This document shows positions 12,937-39,600 of a stretch of 64,000 nucleotides of DNA, piece after piece. The stretch is taken from assembly GCA_039096225.1 (NCBI GenBank), contig JBBPEB010000034.1, positions 558,001 to 622,000 on the forward strand, read 5' to 3'. The notes beneath the pieces are model-generated. The model had not been told where the DNA came from, did no database searches, and saw only the letters and a list, made by a program, of their open reading frames with translations. The DNA comes from Blastocystis sp. Blastoise (lineage: Eukaryota; Protista; Bigyra: Opalinata). Each line of letters begins with the position of its first letter. Position 1 is the stretch's first letter. The position numbers and the translations under genes were made by a program.

Positions 12937-13640
12937 TTAAGCCTTAAGAGCGAATTTTCTGGTAGGGAAAGCAATACGTTTCTTAAGTTGAGCAAGAGTC
13001 TTCTTAGTAGCTTGATGTTGAGTAAGAGCACGACGCATAGCACGAGTCTTCTTAGCTCTCATATCAGTAGGAATGTATTTCTTACCTTTAACTTGTTTAC
13101 GAACAGCAGCTCTCTTAGTTTGATTTAAAACAGTAAGGGCACGAGCAATATTCTTACGAACAATTTTAATTTGAGCAAGTTTAGCAGGAGCACCACTAGA
13201 AGCTTGAATAACACGAAGCTATAATAATAATAAAATATATATTATATTATTTTTATAATAATAAATAATATAATAAATAATATAATAATAATAAATAATA
13301 AATATAATAAGAATAACATAATAATATTAAATAATAAAAATAAAAAAAAATCAAATTTCAATCAAATTATTCAAAAAAACATTAAATATCAATATAAATT
13401 ACATTAAATTCATTATTAAAACTTATAATGAATATAATAAACAATAAATAATAATAAAAGAATAATAATTAAAAAAATAATTTCTTTTCTTTTCAAGAAT
13501 ATCAATAAAAAAACATTTCTATATATATAATAATATATCCTATCACATACACCACTAAGTTCAGTCTTGAATTCGTTGAGTTTGGTTTCAAGTTCTTCTC
13601 TCTTAAGTCCACGAAGGGTGTAAGCTTTAACAGTAGCCAT
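12937..13640 (-). CDS. RPL35: 60S ribosomal protein L35 (uL29), 2 exons (13640-13551, 13218-12937), 123 aa
   Basis: MATVKAYTLRG...KTELSG|LRVIQASSGAPAKLAQIKIVRKNIARALTV...PTDMRAKKTRAMRRALT...FPTRKFALKA*. Confidence 0.97.
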
Positions 13641-13676
13641 TTCTTATCATTATAAATCATTATCTATTTATTTATA

Positions 13677-13887
13677 TTTACCCATTTCTTAAATATATGT
13701 TTATTAGACCGTGAATAGACTATATTAGATAATTTTCTTGGTAACAAAATACACAGACAAAATTTTTGTAAAAATATTTTTTTTCATCATGGCCCTCAAT
13801 TCCAATTATACCTCTTAAAAACTATTATTCTTTATATTTACCCCTGGATTTCATTTACCCTAAATACCGACAATTCTTCTTTTACCC
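13677..13887. promoter_or_regulatory. Four copies of TTTACCC upstream of RPL35 (candidate promoter motif)
   Basis: TTTACCC at 13677, 13837, 13854 and 13881 in a background where CCC is rare. Confidence 0.35.
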
Positions 13888-14216
13888 ATTATTCTCATTT
13901 AAACACGGTTTTTATTATTTTTCATATTTTTTTACTTTTTTATTCATTATCAGACACATTCAACCATTTTCATTTTTTTCTCTTTTTTTAATTATTATTG
14001 TTTTCTTTTCTTTTTTCTTCTTCTTTTATTATTGTTTCATTTTCTAATTATTATTTTTATTTTTTTTTTTTAATTTTGATTATAATTTTTTAAATAATTT
14101 ATTTATTATTATATATATAAAATAATCTATATATATTTAAATATAATTTTTAATAATTTAAAATACAATATATTTTTTTATTTATTATTTGAATAGAAAT
14201 ATTGATAAATAATAGA

Positions 14217-15448
14217 ATGAAGATATTATTTTTATTATTTTTATTATTTTATATTTTACCAAGTACTTCTTTGTCTTTTGAATCAATACAAAATCGTATT
14301 GAAAATGAAATTAATACAAGAATAATATCAAATAAATTAATTTCTTTTCATTTAAAAACTATTTATTCTAATAGTAATTCAAATATATATATTATTTTTA
14401 TAAATTTTATTATTATTATTCTTTTATAGAAACAATAAATGAATTCTTTTTCAATCAAAAGAATAATTATAAATTTAAACAACTTTTCTATTCACTTGTA
14501 TATATTTATATATAATTATTATTGTATATTATAGAATAATTCTGTAGATATATATATTGTAAAAGGAAATTATAAAGAAGAATATGGGTTATCATTTTAT
14601 ATTCAATATTCACAAGTATTTATATTTTTATATTATATATATATTATTATTATTATTATTAGGGATTAAGAATTCATATACATTCAAATTCATTAACAAA
14701 TGAACTTGAAATTATTAATATTATGTTTCCATTCTATATTAAGAATAAACATTTATTCTATAATTATAATATTTATCCTAATTGTATATTTATTATTTAT
14801 TATTATTTATTTATTATTATTATAGTAATAGAATATTATAAAGATAATTATAAAATGAATATATTATTTATAAATGAATTCTATCTCTTATTACAATCAA
14901 ATCCTTATTGGTCTTCTCTATTATCTTATTCTTCATTATTTAATTATCCATATATTCAATTTGGTATTTATATTATTATATTTATGATTTATTTATTATG
15001 ATTTATAGGAATTCATTTATATCCTAATATATCAACAATTCAATTAGATTGTTCTAGTATTCTTCCTATTTCTTCTATTCTTTATAAGTTACCTATATAT
15101 ACAAATACTATTCTTTATCTTCATCTTCCTCTTTCTATATCTATTCAAAATCTCAATTATTCATCTATTCTTATTCATTCATGTATTTTTTAATTATTAT
15201 ATTATTATATTATTATATTATTATTTATTATTTATTATTTATTATATTAATATTTTTTATTTATTATTTATTATTTATTATATTATTATTATTATTATTC
15301 TATATAGATTCATCAATATCCTATCAATCTCTCTCCTTTTCTTCTTCTTCTTCTTCTCCTCTTTCTTCTATTCTTCATTCAAAGAATCTTTATTATTATA
15401 TTCTTTATTTCAAATCACCTATTCATATTCATTATTCATTGAAACGTA

Positions 15449-15483
<35 letters not shown>

Positions 15484-16001
15484 CATTATTCTATATATAG
15501 AATATTCTAGATTCTCTTCTTTATTATCTTATACATTCACGAATATCAATCAAAATAATCAAAATTATTCAATTATTATTCATCAATATATACCAAAATC
15601 TCTATCTCTTTATTCTATTGTATTTATTATTCTATTATTTATTTATTATTCTATATATATAGAATAATAATGATACTCTATCTTTCTTTCTCATCTCAAA
15701 TCAATCTTATACTATTCAATTCTATTTCTTACATGTATTTTTTATTATTATATTATATTCATTCATTATTTATATATAGAAATTATTATTCTTTGAAGAA
15801 TATACTCTATTTAATGAACAAGGTATATCTATTCCTTCTCCTTCCATTCTCATCAACTCATCTCTCTCTCTATATTCATTCAATAACAAAAATACTCTTC
15901 ATTTTAATCCTGATTCTACGATGAAATTTGATTCCATCACTATAGCTACTCTCACTATCTATCTATTCATTATTTATTTCTTCAAAATCATCATCAAATA
16001 A
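14217..16001 (+). CDS. Divergent GPI transamidase subunit PIG-T/Gpi16-like protein, multi-exon
   Basis: N-terminal signal peptide. The last exon KLLFFEEYTLFNEQGISIPSPSIL...FNPDSTMKFDSITIATL plus a TM resembles PIG-T LL..tEYtpD.nhG....s.l...PDFSMPYNVI plus TM. Confidence 0.55.
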
Positions 16002-16664
16002 TTTTTCTTTTATTTATCTCTTAGTCTTAAGAGTTTAGCCACTTTTTTTCAAAACAATTATTATTATTTATTTATTCTCAATCTAAGATACATCATTGTA
16101 TGGTTCAGAAAGTCCAACAATAACACTTTATACCTCCATGGTAGATTCATTTTTTTTATTCAATACACATGCTATTTCTAATTTTTAACCAAAAACGTGA
16201 ACTAGTAACAATTTTATCAATTTATAACATTTATATATATAAAATATGAATAGATTTTTAGTAAATACTAATTTTAAAAATATTATTTTCGTAAATTAGT
16301 ATAATCATATATCCTGAATTCATTGAAATTGTCTACAATACTTTACTGACATAATAAAACTACTTGTCTATTTCCATAACTACATTACCATGTATAATTA
16401 CATTATTTGGTGCTTATTTTATTCATTATATGTCCATAACATGCTCTTTGATATCAAATAAATTTATAATAAATTTTTTATATACTTTAAACAAACGTAT
16501 TTATTAAAAACAAACTCCAAAAAAGGGAGTTGTTTTTTGTGTCATTTGCTTTTATTTGTTTTCTTCAATTGCTTCTTCTTCTATCGTGTTAATACTAAAA
16601 GTAAAACTTTAGAAAACTTGATTTATATACAATAAGAGCATATCTAAAAATATTACTAATATAA

Positions 16665-28688
<12,024 letters not shown>

Positions 28689-28978
28689 ATTTTATATTTT
28701 TTTTTGCCGTTATAAATTGTCATTATTTATTATTTTACTTATTGTTGTTTCTATGATTCGAATATAATCTCAAAATAATATTATTTTATGTTAATTATGT
28801 CAACTTGTTTTCCCAGATGCCTTTTCAGAATCATTCCTTTATTTTAATATACTCAAACAAATACACATATGATAATTAAAATATATATTTATTATTAAAA
28901 ACATAGTAAAGAATAAAAATTTAGCATTTAAAAAAAACATTATAATTCTTCGTTTCCTGCATGAAATACTATGAGAAC

Positions 28979-30692
28979 ATGAAATTTTTATTAATTATAC
29001 TATTCTGTATTGATATTGTACATTCAGGATCAATACTCCATATTTCTGATGTCCATATTGATCTAGGTAACTATTATTTATCAAAGAAAACTTATAAATA
29101 CTATTTGAATTATTATGTAGAATACCATGAAGGCATGCCTACTCAATGTTGGTTTGGTTTATTCAATTGTTGTCATCCAGGAGCTCTTCCCAAAGGAAGA
29201 TATAGTATACATATTATTTTAAATAATAATTTGATGCCAATAAATAGAGCCAGCAGGATATTATGGATCTCCAAATTGTACATCACCCATTCATCTTGTT
29301 AGAGACACATTAACAAATTTAAAACAATACTTCATTATTCATCCAGATCAGAAACCTCAATTTACTTTATTCACAGGAGATGCTGTGAACAATCATGTCA
29401 CTTGGATTAATCCATGGAAAAGTATTAGCTATATTGGTATATTCGTGTCTATATACAAAGAAGTTTTCCCAAATATTCCATTATTATTTATAGCTATATT
29501 ATCGTTTTCTTTTCTTTTTTATTAGTATTATTTTTTCATAAAAAAAAAATATATATATATATATATATAGATTATTATTTACTCCAGGAAATCACGATAC
29601 TTGGCCTATAGATCAATGGTCACAATATAATTCATTAATTACGAAGGAATGGTATAAATATCTTCAAGTATATATATATTATTTATATATTGTTTTCTTA
29701 TATATAAAAATAGGATTATATTCCAATAGATCAAAAAGAATTATTTTTAAAAGGAGGTTATTATGAATATAAAGTATATATATATATATTGACTTATCAT
29801 ACTATTTTACTATATATATATATATATTTTATAAAACTATTTTTTTTATTATATATCTAAAAATATAGATAAATAATAAATTGAAAATAATCAGTATAAA
29901 TAGTTTGTACGGAGAACGAAGATCTTTTATTCTTCGAAATTCAGATGCCATTCCAATGGTATATATATATATATTGATTTATATATTAATATAATAATAT
30001 ATACTCTATTCTTATAATTATTATTGATATTCTAGTTAACTTGGTTAAATTCATCTTTATTACAATCAAGAAATAACCGTGAAAAAGTCTATTTAATCTA
30101 TCATTTTGGACCTTGTATAAATATATATATTTTATTATATTTATTATTATTATGTTTATTATAATATTATATTTTTTATTATATTTTTTATTATATTTAT
30201 TCAATAATAATTATTTAGGTGATAGTGAAATAACAGAATATTTACGAAATCGTCTTCTATATATATTTGATATATATAAAGATATTATTATCGCTTCTTT
30301 TTCTGGTCATAACCATAGAAATGATCATAAATTATTACCACCTGCTCCGTCTATATCTTTATATACATCTTATTCTTCTTTTAATTCAAATAACCGCGGT
30401 TATTCATTCGTCAATTATGTAGCCTCATCCCTTATTCCCACGAGAACTGATCCTTCTTTCAGACTCTATATTTATAATAATATGTATGTATATATATATA
30501 TATATATATATAAATACTTATATCAACTATTTTGTCTTTTTATTAATATAATTCTCATCATTATTTTATTATTATTCTTATTATTTTTCTAGTACATATG
30601 AAATTGAAGATAGTTATATATTTTCTATTGATTTAAAAAACAGTAATAAACAGAGAAAATTATTATTTTATGAACTTCTTTCACTTAGTATT

Positions 30693-30754
<62 letters not shown>

Positions 30755-30961
30755 TATGTATGACTTTATATATATATAGAGTCATATTTTAATTTACCAT
30801 CATTACATAAAAATGATTTTATATTATTATTTAATCAAATGAAAACAAATATAACGACATTTAACCGTTATATATCCCTCTATTATGAGGGTCAACAACC
30901 AATGAAATGCAAAGGAAAATGTAAGCAAGTTTTTATTGACCAATTATTCTGTAAACGTTAA
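28979..30961 (+). CDS. Acid sphingomyelinase-like (SMPDL3/ASM family) calcineurin-like metallophosphoesterase, probably secreted, multi-exon
   Basis: Signal peptide; motifs ILHISDVHID, C..CC, G.YGSPNC, FTGD, PGNHD, GGYY, FSGHNH, PSFRLY; C-terminal C...C pair. Confidence 0.88.
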
Positions 30962-32750
30962 TTCATGTATTATATGATTTAGTTTTAATAAATATATATA
31001 TAAATCATAACAGAGAATATATATTAAATTATATTACAATTTATATATGTGTTTAAGAATATTTTGTGTGTGTTTCTATTGTTTTTATTATTAATTAAAA
31101 ATTGTCTTTAGTTCATTGAATTAATTGAAGAGTATATATATGTGTATATATATTAAATTGGTGTTTATTTTATACAAGTGTATAATTAAATATATACAAA
31201 GAATCATTAGCATAAATAAAAATTATTCATATATATATATACTTTTATAAAATCAATACTTATCATAAATATATTCTCAACATTTATTGTGAATATCGCA
31301 TTATGATAAATATTGACAGCGTATTATAGTCCAAAAATAATAATTCTTGATGATTATATTCAATATAAACCTATTATATGTTTTTAATTTCAAATATGAT
31401 TTGCTATAATTAAAAATAATGATTACTTTAATTTGAAAACAAATTCATAAAAAAGATAGTTCGATATCTGTATAACTATATATACTTACTAATGTTACTC
31501 CATATAAAATATACATAAAAAAAAAGAATATAATTTCTATTAATGTTTTTATAAAGTATAATAAATATATAATAAATGTAGATAGGAAAGTGATTATAAT
31601 AAATAATCATAAAAATTATGAAAAATCAATATAATTTCCATGTTTTTAAATTTTTTTAACTGTAATAAAATAAATTCCCGTGAGAATAACGTTTTTTTTA
31701 AGTGTTACTTTGGTGCAGGAGGTCAGTCTGTTTCAGGTACTTTACTTATTTAATCTAGAGTTCATAAAAAAAATTATTTTATTGAATATAACATAAATAT
31801 ATATTTAAAAATAATAATAATATATGTTTTTTCTTTTATGAAATTATACTTGAGAGAAAGAGTTTAATGAGTAGATATATAGAAATAAATTAAATGAAAA
31901 AAAATGAATATTTGTATAATGATAGAGAAAGAATTGTTTTGAATGATATATGTATTAACAGAATAAATAATATTTATAACTTTATATGTATTTTATCTAA
32001 TAGAAGAATTTAAGTGCAGATAACACTCATTAATAAGTATAACTTTGATGGAGAAAAAAGTAGATAATTTTGAATATAATAATATAATTTGTTGAAGAAA
32101 GTAGATATACTTAATGTGATTCAATATTAAAAAATATGAATTAGCTTCTATTGATATTTATTTATTATATGAAACATTGTTTTATATCTCAATATACAGC
32201 TAAATGATATTCAAAGATATATATTATTCATTTTTATTAATCTGTTTTTAAAAAGTATAATTTTTGAAAGAATCATTAACAAATTTGATAGCAGTAATAC
32301 ATTTCTATATAATATCAATAATCTAAATAAAGTATATACTCCATTTTAACAATTTGATCGAGATAATTACTGTTATTTTTCATTTTATTGAGAATAAATG
32401 TATTCTAGACTGTGATAGAAACATAAAGAGAATCTCATTTTTAGTGAATATAGATGATATGCCTTGAAAAAGCGAATAATGTTTTCTTTCTGAAAACTTT
32501 ATGAATCTCAAATAAGTTTATCTGAAAATGACTGAATAAAAACCGTGGAAACTCTTATGGTATCGAGCCATTTTTTAAATTTTCATTTATACTACCTTTT
32601 TGAAAAGCTAGTTTTTTTCCTATTTAGAATTCATTCTATTTATTATTTATTATATTAATTCTTAAAGTATTTATTTGTTGCTTATATAAAGATATATCTT
32701 TTAAGAATAATAACATATTATCCTTCTATAGTTATTGTTGAATTCAAGTA

Positions 32751-33313
32751 ATGTCAACAACACAATTTCGATTAACTGAAGATAAATGTATTTAAATATG
32801 ATTAACAATAACTTGATCTATTTTTAGATTTATTCACTTTCCAAGATGAGACACAATTGTGGATTCAAAAAGAATTTATTGAGAAATATCCTCAGTTTCG
32901 CTTTTATGATATCATTGAACACTCTGAGAAATATGATGATGGTAGTTATTATATAGATATACCTTCATTCAGCATGGACAAAATGATTCATTTTTTAATG
33001 GAGGACTACATTGATATTCTTTCACTAAATTTGAAGGATAGCTATGATATATATAAAACATTTATTAAATACTCAGCTACAATTGATAATGAAATACAAT
33101 GTGATTTATTATTGCATATTAAAGATTTATTCTACAATTATTTGAAAAAAAACAATAATTATATATATGGGAATTATTATAAAAGCATAAAATCATCTAT
33201 GCCCATGGAATTATTTAGTTCCTATAGTACATCAATATATATAAATGGTAATTCTATGATTATTATTTATAAATAATATTATACATATAGGATTATTTAC
33301 ACCTCAATGGAAA
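32751..33313 (+). pseudogene. 5' part of a BTB-like/LRR-like family gene, interrupted by the CACTA element
   Basis: MSTTQFRLTEDK|YLFTFQDETQLWIQKEFIEKYPQ...|GLFTPQWK runs into the TIR (CAC TAA stop). The frame resumes at 50199 after the duplicated AAA. Confidence 0.85.
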
Positions 33314-33330
33314 CACTAATAGGTGATTTT
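33314..33330 (+). repeat. Left terminal inverted repeat of the CACTA element
   Basis: CACTAATAGGTGATTTT. Confidence 0.9.
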
Positions 33331-33719
33331 CTTGGGACTGAAAAAGCGTCAAATGTAAAATTCTCACTTACTTTTTTTAAGACTAATTCAGATTCTCTCT
33401 TTTAGATAGAATTAGCAGTGAAAAAAACTCTTTTTGATTTGCTAGATTCTATAAACTAGCTAATCAGTTTGATCAAAATGAATGGCTTAAAAATATAAGA
33501 ATTTTCTAGAATTTTCTTTATCAATTAATAACAGATTTCCGTTCTTGGTAGTTAAAAATATTATTGACAATCATAATACATTTCTGTTCTAACAAAACGA
33601 TTTTGTACACATTATTACATAATCATACAGAATAATATATAAATATATATATATAACGAAATAAGTCATAATCAGATAAAAATTAAAATGATAAGAATAA
33701 ATAAAAAATTATTGTTTTC

Positions 33720-33747
33720 ACTGTAAACGAAAAAGGCCATCTATATA

Positions 33748-33779
<32 letters not shown>

Positions 33780-34064
33780 ATAATAATAATAATAATAACC
33801 AAACGGAAAAAAACATTAACCCATATAATAAACTAATAATAATAATATTAATAATAATAATTATATACACAACCAAATGAAAAAACATTAACCTATATAA
33901 ATTATATAAATTAATAATAATAATAATATCATACATAAGCAAATAGAAAGTCCTAACCTATATAAATAAATAATAAAAATAATAATTATAATAATAATAG
34001 TAATAATAAATATAATAATATACAAAACCAAATGAAAATCGATTAACCTAGATAAATTATATAA

Positions 34065-34113
<49 letters not shown>

Positions 34114-34348
34114 TCATACATAAGCAAATAAAAAGTCACTAACCTATATAAATTAATAATAATAGTTACTATAATAATAATAATAATAATATTTATATAC
34201 ACAAACAAAAATAAATCATTTATCTATATAAATTATTATTAATAATAATAAATCTAATAATAATAATAATAATAATAATAATATTTATATACACAAACGA
34301 AAGAAATAATTATTTATCTATATAAATTATTATTAATAATAATATATC

Positions 34349-34389
<41 letters not shown>

Positions 34390-34431
34390 TTTATATACAC
34401 AACCAAAAGAAATAATTATTAATCTATATAA

Positions 34432-34476
<45 letters not shown>

Positions 34477-34696
34477 TATACACAACCAAAAGAAATGATA
34501 ATTTACCTATATAATACCAATAATCGTTATTATTATAAAAGGAATATAATAATAATAATATACATCAATAAATAAAGAGTTATTTACCTATAATAATAAT
34601 AGTAATAATAGTAATATATGATAGGCTATATAATATACTAAACATGAGTGTATTGATTGATAAATCATTGAGAATTGAGTGTGATGTTGATAACAT
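33720..34696 (-). repeat. Array of ~10 related 23-25-nt units, most bounded by AG and GT on the minus strand, separated by (TTA)-rich spacers (micro-exon-like)
   Basis: Examples: tag|GTTAATGTTTTTTCATTTGGTTGT|gtat, tag|GTTAATCGATTTTCATTTGGTTTT|gtat, tag|GTTAGTGACTTTTTATTTGCTTAT|gtat. Confidence 0.6.
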
Positions 34697-34964
34697 TCAA
34701 AATGCAAGCTATATACATAAAATAACTAAATTAGCAAGTTTTTAATAAAAATAAATGAAATATAATGAAATATTAAATAATATATACATAATAATGAAAT
34801 AATTGTTAATAAAAAATAAATGATAACAACAATATAAAAGAATAAGAACTAAAATTTGAAAAGATTTTTATTATTGTTTATACAAAAAAAAATATTTATC
34901 GCAAAAAATTTCTAGAAATTTCTCAAATAATCATATATAGACAAATATTTACCAATGATATTTT

Positions 34965-35829
34965 TTATAATTTATGGCTATTATTTTTCAGTACTACTTC
35001 GTCATAACAAATCTTTAAATTCGTGATTATGACGCTATTATTTTTGTAGGAAAATGTGTTTTTATCAAATGCGTCATCCATTTTCTTCCAATCATATTTC
35101 TAAATATATATATTTGATTTTATATATTTTATATATGTAAATACTAAAAACGAGTTTTTGATTATTTTTTTATCAATTATTACTTCTCCGCTACTATTAA
35201 TAATATTGAAACCAAAGGATGAAGGTAAATTCCCATTTTTCTTTTTATCATAGAGAGCATCTTTTACAATTCTTATAATTATATAATCATCTACTCTACT
35301 TTTTTCAAATGACAGCATATACTCTTTTATAATCAGTAAAATTAAATTTAAAAGTCTGTTTTCATCATCTATGTAAATATTTTCTTTGTCATTTTTGAAA
35401 ATATGTTCAGCATCCTTTAGATCACGATCAGTCAATACATAAGGTAAAACCCTGAGGCATTTCTATTTAAAAAATCATGATTAAAAAAGAAAATTTAAAA
35501 TTAGGATTTAAAATACTTTTATTATTTTTGTAGAATGCATGCTTGACGGTACCTTTATTCCCCTTTTTAAAGCTTCTCGCCTAAATGCAATTTCTAAGTC
35601 ATATGTTAAATAACTCTTTCCTTGAGAATCTAAAAAATAATATCATGAATACAAAGATAAAACTACTATCTGTATCAGAATGAGCTAATCCATTGAAGAA
35701 TTCATGACTAGCATGTAGAAGTTCAACTTTAAACTTCTTAATTTTTTTGGTTTCTTCATTTGTTAAAGATTTCTGCCTTTATTGTTTTTCTAATAGGTTA
35801 TACATACGATATAAATACTTTTTTGGCAT
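34965..35829 (-). pseudogene. Second, divergently oriented 4-exon ORF of the CACTA element (unknown function), premature stop at codon 17
   Basis: MPKKYLYRMYNLLEKQ*RQKSLTNEETKK... continues through three GT-AG introns in frame to ...LKNNSHKL*. The TAA is at 35779-35781. Confidence 0.6.
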
Positions 35830-36635
35830 CTCGTAGCTTTTAAAATGATATAAAAGCGAAAAAGTATTATTTTTAGTATTTTGCTTTAAATTTTTTGTTT
35901 TTTTTTTTATACAAATAAGTTGTGTAATGGTTAAATATCAAATATTAATTCTTAAATATTTATCTTTAGTTTGAGAAAACATTGTGTTTTTAAGTTTTAT
36001 GTCATAATACGTTTACAATCTACTATTTTTAGTCTCAATTTGATAAAATTAGTAAAAAAACACATAAATTTTATTATTATTATATTAAAATACAATGAAT
36101 AATTCAAATATGTGTGCATTATATATATATAATAAAGCTAATAAAAGAATCAAAATATTTTTAATTTTTTGTTTTAATAATAATTACTCAGGAATAAAAA
36201 CTCATCTAATAATAATCTTTTCATATTTCATTTAAATAAATTACATTAAAAGAAATATGATAATTGATTATAAATAAATATTTATTCATACGACAAGCTT
36301 CACAAAAAAAAAGTAAAATAGAGTAGAATCTTTACATATTCCCGTAAATATGAATTATTTCTATTTCAATATAACTTTGAATACAAGCTGAAATATATAT
36401 TAAATACAGGTCTTATATTTCTTAATATATATTTAAAAAGCACGAAAATACTTAAAATAGTCATAAAAATAGTATAATACACAAAATATAAATACTGATC
36501 ATAATTATTCTTTTATAGACTGAATAATCACAGAGAACTGTGTTAATAACATAAGGAAGAAGCTCATTATAACATTTAGAAATCTATTACACTTTAATAT
36601 ATACATATAGTGAATTATTAGTTCTAAATTGAGAA

Positions 36636-39600
36636 ATGTCAAATAGAACATATAAAGGTAGTGGCTATAAAGCTAAAAGAAGAACAATATCACGTTTACG
36701 AACATTATTTGATAGTCTACCGGAATTAGTTTTAAACAATTCTCCTACTGCAACTTATAATGATAGTGTCGAAAATGATGAGATTTATGAAGAGAGCTTT
36801 AGTAATAATCAGGAGTTGTTGGTAGAAAAATTAATAGAATCAATACTAAATGATAAAGTATATATTTATATAAATTGTATAGAAAGTATTATTGTTTCTC
36901 TTTAGAATCAAATAAAGGATATACATAAAGGAAATATAGAACGAATTGAAGAGGTAATACTTAATTGTTGGATATCATTAAAAACTAGCATGCAAAACAT
37001 CAAGCCTTTATTTGAACTTGTGAATAAAATAATAGATATTTTGTCTCTACCAATAAATAAACTTACTATTCCAAAAAATGGTCAAGAGGCTGTTAGAAGA
37101 TTGATGAAATATGCTCAATATAGACCAACTCAGCGAAATATTTATCTTTGTAGTTCATGTAACTCTTTTATTGGTTTTAATAAAGGACAGAAACAGATTG
37201 ATAGAAGTAAAAGAAAGTGTAAAGACTTATCATGTAAAGTCTCCAAATGTAAATATCTTATTATTATTTAAATATTTATACTTATTATTAATACTTATAT
37301 AAAGGTAGAAAGATAACAATAATACCTTTGATTCCTAGGATACGTGTTCTTCTACGTTCCCCTTTATTGATCAATGATATTAGCTACTTTACCAAAGAAG
37401 ATGTTTTGAATATAATAAGATGTAATAATAAATCTGAATTTAAAGGTCCAATGTATTTAATGAGTAAAAACTATAAACAATATATAGATAAGGTAATCAA
37501 CAATGGTGATATCTTTCTTGTGTTTACTCTAACCTGTGATGGAATAAGCATTTTCTCTCATTCACTTAGCGAATATAATAAATCATCATTTCCAATATTA
37601 TTAAAATTATTAAACTATAACTATAAAAGACAATATGATAAACGAACTTTCTGGACATATACAGTTTCCTCTGAGAATTTTAGTGATAATATACTCTCTA
37701 TAATTGTTGAAGAGTTTAAACAATTAGAAAAGGGTATAGATATGGATGTTTATATTCATGGTATGTTACAAAGGAAAAAAGTTGTTTCAATTCTATTGAA
37801 TGTTTCTGGAGATTGCGCTGCAATATCAAGCATTGGACATTTTACAGGATCAGCTTCTTCTTTTCCTTGCAGATGTTGTGAGTTGGAGTGGAAACGTGAT
37901 GATAAGAGTTTTCATCAAGGCATTAAGTGCTCCTTTTCGCATGTGTCTGATCTCGTAAATAAAGATGAGATGACAGACCAACTTCACAGCATCAGATTTC
38001 CAATTATGCCATATAAAGGTATATTATTATTATATCAATTTATTATATTAATAGTAGTACATCTATTTATTATATTAATAGTATTACATCTATTTATTAT
38101 ATTAATATTATTACATCTATTTATTATATTAATAGTATTATTACATCTATTTATTATATTAATAGTATTATTACATCTATTTATTATATTAATAGTATTA
38201 TTACATCTATTTATTATATTAATAGTATTACATCTATTTATTATATTGATAGTATTACATCTATTTATTATATTAATAGTATTATATCAATTTATTATAT
38301 TAATAGCATTATTACATCTATTTATTATATTAATATTATTACATCTATTTATTATATTAGTATTATTATTATATCAATTTATTATATTAATAGTATTATT
38401 ACATTTATTTATTATATTAATAGTATTATTACATCTATTTATTATATTAATAGTATTACATCTATTTATTATATTAATATTATTACATCTATTTATTATA
38501 TTAATAGTATTATTACATCTATTTATTATATTAATAGTATTATTACATCTATTTATTATATTAATAGTATTATTACATCTATTTATTATATTAATAGTAT
38601 TACATCTATTTATTATATTGATAGTATTACATCTATTTATTATATTAATAGTATTACATCTATTTATTATATTAATAGTATTATTACATTTATTTATTAT
38701 ATTAATAGTATTATATCAATTTATTATATTAATAGCATTATTACATCTATTTATTATATTAATATTATTACATCTATTTATTATATTAGTATTATTATTA
38801 TATCAATTTATTATATTAATAGTATTATTACATCTATTTATTATATTAATAGTATTATTACATCTATTTATTATATTAATAGTATTACATCTATTTATTA
38901 TATTAATATTATTACATCTATTTATTATATTAATAGTATTATTACATCTATTTATTATATTAATAGTATTACATCTATTTATTATATTAATAGTATTATT
39001 ACATCTATTTATTATATTAATAGTATTACATCTATTTATTATATTGATAGTATTACATCTATTTATTATATTAATAGTATTACATCTATTTATTATATTA
39101 ATAGTATTATTACATTTATTTATTATATTAATAGTATTATATCAATTTATTATATTAATAGCATTATTACATCTATTTATTATATTAATATTATTACATC
39201 TATTTATTATATTAGTATTATTATTATATCAATTTATTATATTAATAGTATTATTACATTTATTTATTATATTAATAGTATTATTACATCTATTTATTAT
39301 ATTAATAGTATTACATCTATTTATTATATTAATATTATTACATCTATTTATTATATTAATAGTATTATTACATCTATTTATTATATTAATAGTATTATTA
39401 CATCTATTTATTATATTAATAGTATTATTACATCTATTTATTATATTAATAGTATTACATCTATTTATTATATTGATAGTATTACATCTATTTATTATAT
39501 TAATAGTATTACATCTATTTATTATATTAATAGTATTATTACATTTATTTATTATATTAATAGTATTATATCAATTTATTATATTAATAGCATTATTACA

